64,000 nt of DNA from Candidatus Methylomirabilia bacterium (GTDB taxonomy: Bacteria; Methylomirabilota; Methylomirabilia; Rokubacteriales; CSP1-6), in contig JBGQLG010000007.1 in the NCBI GenBank assembly GCA_041499965.1, positions 1,647 through 65,646 of the forward strand, in the 5' to 3' direction. The notes beneath the pieces were generated by a model. The model was given only the letters and a program-made list of their open reading frames with translations. It was not told where the DNA came from and did not search any database. This document shows positions 26,677 to 36,539 of the stretch, piece after piece (the first letter of the stretch is position 1; every line of letters starts with the position of its first letter). The position numbers were made by a program, and so were the translations under genes.

Positions 26677-27516
26677 GTGCCAGGGGGCGTGGGCCAGCAG
26701 CTCGCCGAGGGTCTCCGTGAACGCCTCGCGCTCTTCCACCTGCGGGGCGTGGCCGCTTCGCTCGAACACGGCCAGCGTCGAGGCGGGGACCAGCCGGTGG
26801 ATCTCCTCGGCCTGGTCGACGGGACAGATCCAGTCGTGCCGTCCCACCGCGACCAGGGTCGGACCGGCGATGCCGGGTAGCTCGCCTCGGCAGTCGTAGC
26901 GCGCGTACTCGTGCTCGATGACGAACCGGCGGACGGCCAGCCGGTAGCGCGTGTCGCTGCGCGCGGCCACGCTGTCGGCGGCCAGCCGCTTGTCGAAGAA
27001 GTAGAGCGGCCGGATCGTGTCGAAGGCGCGCCGGAAGCTCTCGTCGTCGGTGAGCGAGCCGTCCCACAGCGCCTGGTAGGCCGTCCACTGCGGGGGCGTT
27101 GCCTCACGCCGGGCGTTGTCCTCGGCCCGGCGCATGAAGTCGCCGCTGGCCGCCGCACCCACCACGGCGAGCGAGCGCACCGAGGCCGGGTGACGGGCGG
27201 CGTACATGAGCGCGAGGAAGCCGCCCCAGGAGATCCCCAGGACGTGGACGCGGCCCAGGCCCAGCGCCTGCCGCACGCCCTCGACGTCGGCGACGAGCTG
27301 ATCCTGGGTGCACTGCTCGACGGGCACCCACTCGGAGCGGCCATGGCCGCGGTGATCGTAGAACACGAGTCGGAGGCCGAGCGCCTCGGCCAGCGGCGCC
27401 AGGCTCCGGCGCGGCCCCGAGGAGTCCGTGCCCGGCCCGCCGTGCAGGCAGAGGCACGGCGCGCCCTCACCGAGGGTCTCGCAGAACAGCGTCGTGCCGT
27501 TGACGCGCAGCTGCAT
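26677..27516 (-). CDS. alpha/beta hydrolase (proline iminopeptidase-like); 3' end undefined
   Basis: ATG at 27516. HGGPG oxyanion motif and GISWGG nucleophile elbow. The recognisable domain is about 280 aa and ends at about 26677. The frame has no stop until 24823 and runs antisense through the whole SBP gene. Confidence 0.65.
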
Positions 27517-27522
27517 GCCCGC

Positions 27523-28428
27523 TCAGCCGGCCCGCGTGCGCGGATCGAGCACGTCGCGCAGGGCGTCGCCGACCACGTTGAGCGCCAGGACGATCACGAA
27601 GATGGCCAGCCCTGGCAGGAGCGCGACGTGCGGGCTCAGGATGACGAACTGCCGCCCGGTCGCCAGCATGCTCCCCCAGTCGGCCGTCGGCGGCTGGGTG
27701 CCGAGGCCCAGGAACGACAACCCGGCGGTGACCAGGATCTTCGCGCCCACGTCCAGGCTGAAGGCCACGACGATCGGCGAGACGAGGTGGGGCAGCACGT
27801 GGCGGCCCAGGATGACGGCGTCGCCGGCGCCGAGCGCGCGCGCCGCCTCCACGAACTCGCGCTCGCGCAGCGAGAGCACCACGCTGCGCACGAGCCGCGT
27901 GTAGAACGGAAAGCCGACGATCGCGATGGCGATCATGGCGTTGCGCAGCCCGGGCCCGAGCCCGGCCACCAGGGCGATGGCCAGCAGGACGTAGGGGAAC
28001 GCCATCAGGATATCGGTCAGGCGCATGACCACGGTCTCGATCCAGCCCGTGTAGAAGCCGCCGAGGACTCCCAGCGTGACGCCGATCACCATCGCGGCGA
28101 GCGCGGTGACCACGCCGGCCAGCAGCGATACCCGCGCGCCCCACACGAGGCGGGCGAGGAGGTCGCGCCCGAACTCGTCGGTGCCGAGCAGATGGCCGGG
28201 CGTGAGGGGCGGCTGCAGGCGCTTCACGGTGTCGACCAGGTCGGGATCGAACAGCGGCAGCCACGGCGCCAGCGCGGCGAGGAAGAGCACCGCGACCAGG
28301 CCGATCGCGGTCGCCACCGCCAGCCGGTTGCGACGAGCGGTGCGGGCCAGCGCGCGCCCGACTGCCCGCGGCGCGCGGTCGGGCGCGATCGCGCGCTCGT
28401 CGCCGGCGTCCTGGACGCGGACGCTCAC
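27523..28428 (-). CDS. ABC peptide-type transporter permease (DppC-like)
   Basis: 301 aa, with LGTDEFGRDLLARLVWG and [12 protein letters not shown]. Confidence 0.85.
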   Translation of the reverse strand: MSVRVQDAGDERAIAPDRAPRAVGRALARTARRNRLAVATAIGLVAVLFLAALAPWLPLFDPDLVDTVKRLQPPLTPGHLLGTDEFGRDLLARLVWGARVSLLAGVVTALAAMVIGVTLGVLGGFYTGWIETVVMRLTDILMAFPYVLLAIALVAGLGPGLRNAMIAIAIVGFPFYTRLVRSVVLSLREREFVEAARALGAGDAVILGRHVLPHLVSPIVVAFSLDVGAKILVTAGLSFLGLGTQPPTADWGSMLATGRQFVILSPHVALLPGLAIFVIVLALNVVGDALRDVLDPRTRAG

Positions 28429-28432
28429 GCCG

Positions 28433-29383
28433 TCACTCGTAGCGGATGCGCGGATCGAGCCACGCGTAGAGCAGATCGACCGCCAGGTTGACGAGCACGA
28501 AGCTGAGCGCGACGACCAGCACGCAGCCCTGCACGAGCGGAAAGTCGCGGGCCAGGATGCCCTGCACCATCAGCGTGCCGACCCCCGGCCAGGCGAAGAC
28601 CGTCTCGGTGAGGACGGCACCGCCCAGCAGGTACCCGGCCTGCACGCCGACCACGGTGACGATGGGGATCAGCGCGTTCGTGAGCCCGTGGCGCAGCACG
28701 ACCAGGCGCTCGACCACGCCCTTGGCCCGGGCGGTGCGGATGTAGTCCTGGCCGAGCGTCTCCAGCATGGCGGCGCGCGTGAGCCGCGCGATGATCGTCA
28801 CCGAGGCGGCGGCCAACGTGACCGCCGGCAGCACGAGATGGGCGAGGAGATCGCGCAGGTCGCCGCCGTCGTAGGGCGCGTACATCCCCGAGGCCGGCAG
28901 CCAGCCCAGCCGCAGCGCGAACAGCACCATGAGCACGATGCCCAGCCAGAACGACGGCATGCTGGCCCCGAACAGCGAGGCCACCGTGCTCGTCCGGTCG
29001 AGGAGGGAGTGCGGCCGGCTGGCCGAGGCCACGCCGAGCGCGATGCCGGCGGTGGTCGACAGCAGGAGCGCGGTGCCGGTGAGGATGAGCGTGGCCTGGA
29101 AGCGGCCGAGCACCTCGGCCAGCACCGGACGCTTCATCCAGAGCGAGCGGCCGAGGTCGCCACGGGCGACGTGGCCCACCCAGCGCGCGTACTGCACGGG
29201 CAGCGGCTGGTCCAGGCCGAGGTCGGCGCGCAGGCGGGCGCGGTCCTCCTGCGTAGCCTGGGAGCCGAGCATGATCTCCACCGGATCGCCGGGGGAGAGG
29301 TGCAGCACCATGAAGATGACGATCGACACGCCCGCCAGGACCGGCACCAGCAGCAGGAGCCGGCGGGCGAGGTAGCGCCTCAC
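28433..29383 (-). CDS. ABC peptide-type transporter permease (DppB-like)
   Basis: GTG at 29383 overlaps the SBP stop (GTGA). It contains RRYLARRLLLLVPVLAGVSIVIF and DYIRTARAKGV. Confidence 0.85.
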   Translation of the reverse strand: MRRYLARRLLLLVPVLAGVSIVIFMVLHLSPGDPVEIMLGSQATQEDRARLRADLGLDQPLPVQYARWVGHVARGDLGRSLWMKRPVLAEVLGRFQATLILTGTALLLSTTAGIALGVASASRPHSLLDRTSTVASLFGASMPSFWLGIVLMVLFALRLGWLPASGMYAPYDGGDLRDLLAHLVLPAVTLAAASVTIIARLTRAAMLETLGQDYIRTARAKGVVERLVVLRHGLTNALIPIVTVVGVQAGYLLGGAVLTETVFAWPGVGTLMVQGILARDFPLVQGCVLVVALSFVLVNLAVDLLYAWLDPRIRYE

Positions 29384-30939
29384 CTCAGCGAGATCGTCTC
29401 GACGCGCAGGTCGAAGCTCGGGTGGAGCTTGAACCCCTGCACGCGCTTGACGTGGGCGGCGGTCTGGATCTCGTGGTCGACGAAGATCCACGGCGCGTCG
29501 TCGACCAGGATGCGCTGGGCCTGGCGATAGAGGTCGGCCCGCTTCTTCTCGTCGGTCGTCAGCCGGGCCTGGTGCAGCAGCTCGTCGAACGTGTCGTTCT
29601 TGTAGAGCGCGCGATTGGGGCCGTTGGGCGTCCACTGGCTGGAGTGCAGCAGCGGGTACATCACCAGGTCGGGGTCCTCGTTGCCGGCCATCCAGGACAG
29701 CGCGAACAGCTCCTGCTCCTTGCTGCGCAGCTTGGCCAGGTACGCGCCCCACTCCATGGTCTGCAGCGTGACGTTGACGCCGACCGCCTTCAGATTCGAC
29801 TGGATGACGGTGGACATCGCCACCGGCGACTGCATGCCCGAGCCGGACTCCGGGACCCACAGTGTCGTCGTGAAGCCGCTCGGGTAGCCGGCCTCGGCCA
29901 GCAGCTTCTTGGCGCGCTCCGGATCGTACGGGTACGGCTTGAGCCCGCCGTCGGCGCCCCACGTCTTGGGCAGCACGGGGCCGACCGAGAGCGAGCCGGT
30001 GCCTTTCAGGACGTCGCGGACGATGGCGTCCTTGTTGACGGCGTAGTTGAGCGCCTGGCGCACGCGCTTGTCGTCGAGCGGCTTCTTCTGGTTGTTGATG
30101 CCGAGGTACCAGACGTGGGCGCCCACCTGCCTGAGCAGCGTGATCTTCGGATTGCTCTCGAGCTGGCTGACGTAGTCGGGCGGCGTGCCCACGATGAGGT
30201 CGAGGGCGCCGGTGAGCAGCTCGGTGAGCCGCGCCTGGTCCTCGACGATCGGGCGATAGACGACGCGGTCGATCTTCACCGGGAACCGCCAGTAGGCCGG
30301 GTTCTTCTCCAGCACCACGCGCTGGCCACGGTCCCACGTGGCGAACTTGAACGGCCCGGTGCCCACCGGCGACAGCGCGTAGTCGGCGCCGAGCTTGCGC
30401 ATGGCGGTCGGGCTGGCGATCGACGCGGCGCCGGCGGTGAGCACGGCCAGGAACGAGGCGCGCGGCTCCTTCAGGACGAACTCGACGGTCGCGGGGTCGA
30501 CCACCTCCACCGCCTTCACGTTCCCGAAGAAATAGTTGGCGAACGGATACTTGCCGAGCTTGTTGAGGGGATGCTCGGGGTTGATCTGGCGCTCGATGGA
30601 GTCCTTCACCGCCTCGGCGTTGAACGGCGTGCCGTCGTGGAAGCTGACGCCCCGGCGGAGCTTGAACGTGTAGCGTAGCCCGTCCTTCGACACCGTCCAT
30701 GACTCGGCCAGGCCCGGCACGATCTGGGTGCTCTCGTCGGGGAAGGTGACGAGCGTTTCGGCGATGCGCCGGCCGACACGATTGGAGTTGAGGTCGGTCA
30801 CCTGGGCCGGATCGAGGTTCACCGGCTCGGCGACCAAGCCGACCACGAGCGTCCCGGCCGGCTGGGCCCCCGCCGCCGGCGCCAGGCCGAGCCCCACGAG
30901 CACCGCCAGCACCACGCACCCCACGGTTCTCACGTTCAT
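29380..30939 (-). CDS. ABC transporter substrate-binding protein, family 5
   Basis: ATG at 30939 after GGGAGG, with signal peptide MNVRTVGCVVLAVLVGLGLAPAAGA. It contains ESWTVSKDGLRYTFKLRRGVSFHDG and GTGPFKFATW. Confidence 0.85.
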   Translation of the reverse strand: MNVRTVGCVVLAVLVGLGLAPAAGAQPAGTLVVGLVAEPVNLDPAQVTDLNSNRVGRRIAETLVTFPDESTQIVPGLAESWTVSKDGLRYTFKLRRGVSFHDGTPFNAEAVKDSIERQINPEHPLNKLGKYPFANYFFGNVKAVEVVDPATVEFVLKEPRASFLAVLTAGAASIASPTAMRKLGADYALSPVGTGPFKFATWDRGQRVVLEKNPAYWRFPVKIDRVVYRPIVEDQARLTELLTGALDLIVGTPPDYVSQLESNPKITLLRQVGAHVWYLGINNQKKPLDDKRVRQALNYAVNKDAIVRDVLKGTGSLSVGPVLPKTWGADGGLKPYPYDPERAKKLLAEAGYPSGFTTTLWVPESGSGMQSPVAMSTVIQSNLKAVGVNVTLQTMEWGAYLAKLRSKEQELFALSWMAGNEDPDLVMYPLLHSSQWTPNGPNRALYKNDTFDELLHQARLTTDEKKRADLYRQAQRILVDDAPWIFVDHEIQTAAHVKRVQGFKLHPSFDLRVETISLR

Positions 30940-31025
30940 CACGGCCTCCCTGGCGCTCGCGGGTCCGAAAAACAGCGCCACCGTAGCCGATTGGGCAGGA
31001 CGGCGCAAGCCAGCGGGCGGCGCGC

Positions 31026-32186
31026 TCAGCGCCAGAGTCGCCGGCTGGCCAGCGCGGCGCCGTCGGCCAGCGCGCGCAGCTTGGCCCACACGACGCTGGG
31101 CGCGACCATCTCGGAGCCGGCGAACGTCCCGAAGCCGCAGTCCGTCGAGGCGATGACGCGCTCGCGGGCACCGACCGCCGCGACGACGGCCTCGAGGCGG
31201 TCGGCCACGACCTCCGGATGCTCGACGTAGTTGGTGGTCGTGTCGATCACGCCAGGCAGGATCAGCATGGACGGCGGCGGCGGCAGGCGCCTGAGCGCCT
31301 TCACCTCGTGCTGGTGGCGCGGGTTGGCCAGCGGCAGCGAGAGCGCGCCGACCCGGGCCCGATAGAGCAGCGGCAGCACCGGCTCCAGCGGGACGTCGTG
31401 CGTGTGGGGACCGTCGTAGTTGCCCCAGCAGAAGTGCAGCCGGACCCGCTCGGGCGGAATCCCCGCGATGGCCAGGTTGATCGCGTCCACGTGCAGCTCG
31501 ACGGCCTTCAGGAAGCCGTCCAGGGATTCCTTCTGGAAGAAGCGCCCGCGCTCCATCGCCAGGTCGGGGCAATCGAGCTGGAGCACAAAGCCGCGGGCGT
31601 GGATCAGCTCGTACTCCTTCTTCATCTCCCGGGCCAGGGCGGCGATGTAGCGCTCGTGGGAGTCGTAGTAGGCATTGAGCAGGATGGTCGCGGCGGTCCC
31701 CGGCGAAACGGCCGTCATGAACGGCTCGGCGAATTGCTGCGGGATCGCCGCGGCGCACCGTGTGAACAGGTCGCACTCGGCGGCGGCCTCGCCGAGGTCG
31801 GCGTACTCGATCTCGGCCACCGCCTGCGGCGCATTGGCAATGCGGGCGGCCGAGCGGCGGCGGAACGCGAGCATCTCCGCGTAGTCGGGATGCTCGAGCA
31901 GGTCGAGGGCCAGCGGCCGCCGGCTCTCGCCGCCGAAGCCGCGCATCCGCCGGGCCACGTAGGTCGAGAACCCCGCCCGGGGCTGCTCGCCGTCGTTGCC
32001 GACATCAATGCCGGCCGCGAGCTGCCGCGTGATGACGTCGCGCACGGCCGCCTCGGCCTGGCGCGCCAGCTCGGCGGCGTCGATCGGCTCGCCGGCGTCC
32101 TGGCGCACGAGCAGGTCCCGCAGGGCCGGATTGCGCGGGATGCTGCCGACGTGGGTGGTCAGGATCCGGTCGTCGCTGCGTCGCAT
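31026..32186 (-). CDS. cobalamin-independent methionine synthase II (MetE C-terminal-like, UROD/MetE fold) family protein
   Basis: 386 aa. TTHVGSIPR, the GNDGE motif and the HFCWGNY...STDCGFG Zn-ligand pattern fit MetE-like enzymes. Confidence 0.75.
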   Translation of the reverse strand: MRRSDDRILTTHVGSIPRNPALRDLLVRQDAGEPIDAAELARQAEAAVRDVITRQLAAGIDVGNDGEQPRAGFSTYVARRMRGFGGESRRPLALDLLEHPDYAEMLAFRRRSAARIANAPQAVAEIEYADLGEAAAECDLFTRCAAAIPQQFAEPFMTAVSPGTAATILLNAYYDSHERYIAALAREMKKEYELIHARGFVLQLDCPDLAMERGRFFQKESLDGFLKAVELHVDAINLAIAGIPPERVRLHFCWGNYDGPHTHDVPLEPVLPLLYRARVGALSLPLANPRHQHEVKALRRLPPPPSMLILPGVIDTTTNYVEHPEVVADRLEAVVAAVGARERVIASTDCGFGTFAGSEMVAPSVVWAKLRALADGAALASRRLWR

Positions 32187-32187
32187 C

Positions 32188-33471
32188 TCAGCGCACCATC
32201 CCCGCGCGGCGCGGCAGGAAGAGGGTGATCTCGGGGAACAGGATCAGGATGATCAGCCCCACGAACAACGAGACCAGGTAGGGCCAGTAGACGCGGAAGT
32301 GGCGGCCCACGCTGATGTCGGCGAAGCGCAGCGCCATCAGCAGGCCGACGCCGATCGGCGGCAGGAACAGGCCGATGCCGACGGCGGCGGTGAGGACGAT
32401 GTTGAAGTGGATCGGGTGGATGCCGATCTGCTTGGCCACGGGGAAGACGACCGGGACGAGGACGACCGCGGCCGGCAGCCCCTCCAGCACCATGCCGAAG
32501 GCGATGACGATGACCGACACCGCGAGCAGGAAGAGCGACGGCGTCGTCTGCAGCGGCCGCAGCACCTCGCCCAGCAGCGCGGGCACGCCCAGCATGCCCA
32601 TCAGGAACTGGTAGACGCTGGCCACGGCGAGGAGGAAGACCACCGCCGCCGTCAGCAGCGCGCTGTCGTGGACGAGCACCAGCATCTCGCGCGGCCGGAC
32701 GTTCTTGTAGTAGAGCAGCGCGGCCGCCACCGCGTAGGCGGCCACCAGGGCGCCGGCCTCGGTCGCGGTGAAGGCGCCGAAGAAGAACCCGGCCACGATG
32801 AGGACCGGCACCACCATCGGCACCAGCGACGCCCGGACGGCCACGTTGAACTCCGCGGCGGTCGGCCGCTCGTCCTTGGGCCACTGCAGGCGATGGGCCT
32901 GGACGAAGACCACGACCATGAGGCAGGCGGCGGTGACGGCGGCCGGGATGAAGCCGGCCAGGAAGATGGCGACGACCGAGGTGTCGGTCACCTGCCCGAG
33001 CACGATCATGAAGATCGCCGGGGGCACCAAGATGCCCATGGCCGTCGCCGAGGCCACCAGCGAGGCGGCGTGCTCGCGGGAGTAGCCGGCCCGCAGCATC
33101 GGCGGCGTGAGCATGGCGCCGATGGCCGAGACATCCGCGATGGTGGAGCCGGAGATGCCGGAGAAGAAGTACTCGGCCAGCACCACCGACAGCCCGAGGC
33201 CGCCGCGCACCCAGCCGATGAGCGCCCGGGCCAGGTTCACGAGCGCGTACGACATCCCACAGCGCTCCATGAGGCTGCCGGCGAAGACGAAGGTGGGAAT
33301 GGCCAGCAGGACCCAGCTCTGCGAGCCGGCCACCAGGCTGGAGGGCAGCTTCTGCAGCGAGAAGCCGCCGGCCAGCAACCCGGCGAACCCGGCCAGCCCC
33401 AGCGCGAACACGATCGGCAGCGACAGTGCGGTGAGGACCAGGAACGTGACGATGACGATCGCGACGAGCAC
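32188..33471 (-). CDS. dctM: TRAP transporter large permease
   Basis: 427-aa polytopic protein with typical DctM sequence, including the LVHDSALLTAAVVFLL region. Confidence 0.9.
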   Translation of the reverse strand: MLVAIVIVTFLVLTALSLPIVFALGLAGFAGLLAGGFSLQKLPSSLVAGSQSWVLLAIPTFVFAGSLMERCGMSYALVNLARALIGWVRGGLGLSVVLAEYFFSGISGSTIADVSAIGAMLTPPMLRAGYSREHAASLVASATAMGILVPPAIFMIVLGQVTDTSVVAIFLAGFIPAAVTAACLMVVVFVQAHRLQWPKDERPTAAEFNVAVRASLVPMVVPVLIVAGFFFGAFTATEAGALVAAYAVAAALLYYKNVRPREMLVLVHDSALLTAAVVFLLAVASVYQFLMGMLGVPALLGEVLRPLQTTPSLFLLAVSVIVIAFGMVLEGLPAAVVLVPVVFPVAKQIGIHPIHFNIVLTAAVGIGLFLPPIGVGLLMALRFADISVGRHFRVYWPYLVSLFVGLIILILFPEITLFLPRRAGMVR

Positions 33472-33474
33472 GGC

Positions 33475-33993
33475 TCAGTGCCCCTCGGCCGGGCCCGGCA
33501 CCTTGCCGCGCCGGACGTCGTTCAGCGAGGCCAGGCTATAGACGACGATCAGGATGCCCCCCACCACGGAGGCCAGGTACAGCCAGCGCAGGTTGAGGTC
33601 GAGCGCGGGCGAGAACGACTGGCTGTTGAGCTCGCTCACGTTCCAGCCGAACACGGCGACCAGCGCGCCGAAGGTGGCCAGCAGCACGTACTGGCCGGCG
33701 AAGACGGCGCGTCGCACTGGCGGCGGGAAGCGGTCGATCACGATGGCGACCGCGAAGTGGGTGCCGCGGCGGATCCCGATGGCCGCACCGATGAAGGTCA
33801 GCCAAGCCAGCGCGTACTCGCCGATCTCCTCGACCCAGAAGAAGCGGACGGAGGGCAGGTCGAAGGTGGCGGAGAGCCAGGTGACGATGTAGCGCAGGAA
33901 CACCCCGGCCAGCATGTCGACCATGGCGACCAGCATCAGCGCGGTGAGCACGATGTGGGGAACCCACGCGACCGCACGGCCGAGGGCTTTCAC
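33475..33993 (-). CDS. dctQ: TRAP transporter small permease
   Basis: Track ORF 33475..34065. I prefer GTG 33993 (VKALGRAVAWVPHIVLTALMLVAMVDMLAGVFLRY) because it leaves a divergent promoter region before dctP. About 4 TM helices. Confidence 0.75.
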   Translation of the reverse strand: MKALGRAVAWVPHIVLTALMLVAMVDMLAGVFLRYIVTWLSATFDLPSVRFFWVEEIGEYALAWLTFIGAAIGIRRGTHFAVAIVIDRFPPPVRRAVFAGQYVLLATFGALVAVFGWNVSELNSQSFSPALDLNLRWLYLASVVGGILIVVYSLASLNDVRRGKVPGPAEGH

Positions 33994-34124
33994 GCGCGCG
34001 GATCGTAGACCGCCGGGCCGAGGCTTGTCAACGCCGCGGGGCGACGCGGGGCGGCTTGACAACACGCCGGCGATACCGCGCTATGGGGGCGCCGTCAACG
34101 CCGCCCGCTCGGAGGACAGCGCAC

Positions 34125-35129
34125 ATGAGGACGTTCACCCGCTACGCGACCGCCGCGGCCCTGCTGCTCGGCCTGGTCCTGGCCGGCTCGGCCGGCCCGA
34201 CGCCCACCCAGGCGCAGTCGCCGCGCAAGCTCGACCTGGCCCACATCATCGCGCCGCCCGAGTCGGGGGCGATCGGGTTCAAGTACCTGGCCGAGGAGGT
34301 CACCAAGCGCTCCAAGGGCACGCTCAACGTGGTCTTCCACGGCGGCACGCTCCTCGGCAAGGAGCTGGAGATCATGGACGCGGTGAAGTCCGGCAACATC
34401 GCGCTCGGCACTCCGGTCGGCGCCGCCTGCACGGTGTTCCCCGAGATGTGCGTGTTCCTCACGCCCTACCTCGTGCGCGACTACAACCACGCCTACGCGA
34501 TGTTCAACGGCGAGATCGGCCGCCAGCTCGACGAGACCTTCCAGAAGAAGTACAAGGTCAAGATCATCTACTTCTACGACTACGGGTTCCGCCATTTCTG
34601 GAACAACCGCAAGCCGATCGCCACGCCGGCCGACCTCAAGGGCCTCAAGCTGCGCGTGCAGCAGGGGCGCGTCTTCGCCGACACCGTCAACGGGCTGGGG
34701 GCCAGCGCGGTGCCGATGGCGTGGGGCGAGGTGATCCCGGCCGCTCAGCAGGGTGTGATCGACGGGGCCGACCTGCCGATCTACAACATCTACGCGCTGA
34801 AGGTCTACGAGGTGTCCAAGTACGTCTCGATGACCTTTCACAACTACGGGCCCACGCTGCTGGTGATGAACCTCGACGTCTGGAAGAGCCTGACGCCCGA
34901 GCAGCAGCAGCTCTTCATGGAGGTCGGCCGCGAGGCGCAGAAGAAGGTCCGCGAGCTGACCGAGAGCGTCGACAACATCGCCAAGGCCAAGGAGATCCTC
35001 GAGGCCAAGGGCATGAAGGTCAACGCCGCCGACGTCGCCTCCTTCCGCAAGGTCGCCGAGGACAAGATCTGGCCGTCGTACAGGCAGCAGTACGCGGAGT
35101 GGTGGGACCGGGTGGCGAACGCGAAGTAG
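34125..35129 (+). CDS. dctP: TRAP transporter substrate-binding protein
   Basis: ATG at 34125 after GGAGGA, followed by a signal peptide. The sequence is DctP-family (LKLRVQQGRVFADTVNGLGASAVPMAWGEV). Confidence 0.85.
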   Translation: MRTFTRYATAAALLLGLVLAGSAGPTPTQAQSPRKLDLAHIIAPPESGAIGFKYLAEEVTKRSKGTLNVVFHGGTLLGKELEIMDAVKSGNIALGTPVGAACTVFPEMCVFLTPYLVRDYNHAYAMFNGEIGRQLDETFQKKYKVKIIYFYDYGFRHFWNNRKPIATPADLKGLKLRVQQGRVFADTVNGLGASAVPMAWGEVIPAAQQGVIDGADLPIYNIYALKVYEVSKYVSMTFHNYGPTLLVMNLDVWKSLTPEQQQLFMEVGREAQKKVRELTESVDNIAKAKEILEAKGMKVNAADVASFRKVAEDKIWPSYRQQYAEWWDRVANAK

Positions 35130-35190
35130 CGAGCCCGGCCGGCGCCGTGGCCTGAGCTCACCGGCGTCGGCCCGGGTCCGCTGCGCCTAT

Positions 35191-35219
35191 TTGACTATAT
35201 AACTATATGGTCATATAGT
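35191..35219 (+). promoter_or_regulatory. sigma70-type promoter overlapped by a palindromic operator (BigR/SqrR-type box)
   Basis: TTGACT (35191-35196), 17 nt, then TATAGT (35214-35219). The heptamer ACTATAT occurs at 35194 and 35202, with its inverse ATATAGT at 35213. A 20-bp imperfect palindrome GACTATATAACTATATGGTC spans 35193-35212. This is the only strongly AT-rich island I noticed in the window. Confidence 0.6.
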
Positions 35220-35243
35220 GTGTTCGGGAGGAGCCGGGCACTC

Positions 35244-36539
35244 ATGGACACATTCACGGCGTCAGCGGGGACCTTGTCCGTCGACACCTTCCGGGCCGAG
35301 CCGGACGGCTGCCTGGGCTACTTGGTGGTGGACGAGCACAGCCGCACGGCGATGGCGATCGATCCCCGCCTGGACCAGGTCGACCGCTACCTGGAGACAC
35401 TCGGCGCACGCGGCCTGCGCCTGGCCTACGCGCTCGACACCCACACGCACGCCGACCACCTCTCCGGCGTTCGCCGGCTCGCCCAGCGCACCGGTGCCTC
35501 GATGCTCGCCCATGCGGCATCCAAGGTGACGGGCCCCGCCCGGCGACTCCCGGGCGGCGCCCGCCTCGAGCTCGGCGGCGTCCGCGTCGACGTCATGGAC
35601 GCGCCCGGCCACACGCCGGATTCGCTGGCGCTGCTGGTCGAGGGACACCTCTTCACGGGCGACGCGCTCTTTGCCGGCGGCGCCGGCCGGACCGACTTCA
35701 TGGGGGGCAGCGCGTCGGCGCTGTTCGACACGCTGCGCACGTTCGAGGCGCTGCCGGCCGACACCGTGGTCCACCCGGGCCACGACTACGTCGGACGTCC
35801 GGTGACGACGATCGGGGAGGAGCAAGCGGGCAACTCCCTGCTGCGCGAGCGCGATCGGACGGCCTTCGTGGCCCGGCTGTCGACCAGGGCCGAGCCACCC
35901 GCCAACATGGCGGCGATCCTCCGTCACAACCTCGAGGAGGTCGACGCGGCGACCGTGGCACCGGCGGAGCTGCAGGCGTTGCGGGCCCAGGCCCCGGGTC
36001 CGTCGATCCTCGACGTCCGCACGCCGCTGGAATTCGAGAGCGAGCACATCGAGGGCGCGCTCAACATCCCCCTGGGCCAGCTGGACAGCCGCCTCGAGGA
36101 TCTCGCCGAGCAGCAGGACGTGGTGATCGTGTGTCGGACCGGCGTCCGGGCGACGATCGCGGCAGAGTCGCTGGCCCGGGCGGGGGGCCGGGCGCGGGTG
36201 CTCGACGGCGGCATGCTGGCTTGGCGCCGCGCGCGGCTGCCGGTCCGAGAGGGGCGCAAGCGGCTGGCCGTCGATCGCCAGGTGCAACTCATCGCGGGCT
36301 CGATGGTCCTCACCGGCGTGGTCCTGGGGACCTTCCTCAACCCCTGGTTCCTCGCGCTGGCCGCATTCTTCGGGGCCGGCCTCACGTTCGCGGGCGCCAC
36401 GGGCACGTGCGGTCTGGCGCTGATCCTCATGAAGCTGCCCTGGAACCGGACGACACCGGCGCCGGCCGCGGGGGGCGCCGCGTGTGCGGCGGGCGGGGCG
36501 GCGGCGACGTGCGCGGCCCCGGCGGAGCCGCACCGGTGA
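35244..36539 (+). CDS. persulfide dioxygenase (MBL fold, ETHE1/Blh-like) - rhodanese - DUF2892 membrane-domain fusion
   Basis: ATG at 35244 after GGGAGGAG. The metallo-beta-lactamase motif is THTHADH. The rhodanese active-site loop is VIVCRTGVRA. The C-terminal YgaP-like DUF2892 has 2 TM helices (GTCGLA). Confidence 0.8.
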   Translation: MDTFTASAGTLSVDTFRAEPDGCLGYLVVDEHSRTAMAIDPRLDQVDRYLETLGARGLRLAYALDTHTHADHLSGVRRLAQRTGASMLAHAASKVTGPARRLPGGARLELGGVRVDVMDAPGHTPDSLALLVEGHLFTGDALFAGGAGRTDFMGGSASALFDTLRTFEALPADTVVHPGHDYVGRPVTTIGEEQAGNSLLRERDRTAFVARLSTRAEPPANMAAILRHNLEEVDAATVAPAELQALRAQAPGPSILDVRTPLEFESEHIEGALNIPLGQLDSRLEDLAEQQDVVIVCRTGVRATIAAESLARAGGRARVLDGGMLAWRRARLPVREGRKRLAVDRQVQLIAGSMVLTGVVLGTFLNPWFLALAAFFGAGLTFAGATGTCGLALILMKLPWNRTTPAPAAGGAACAAGGAAATCAAPAEPHR

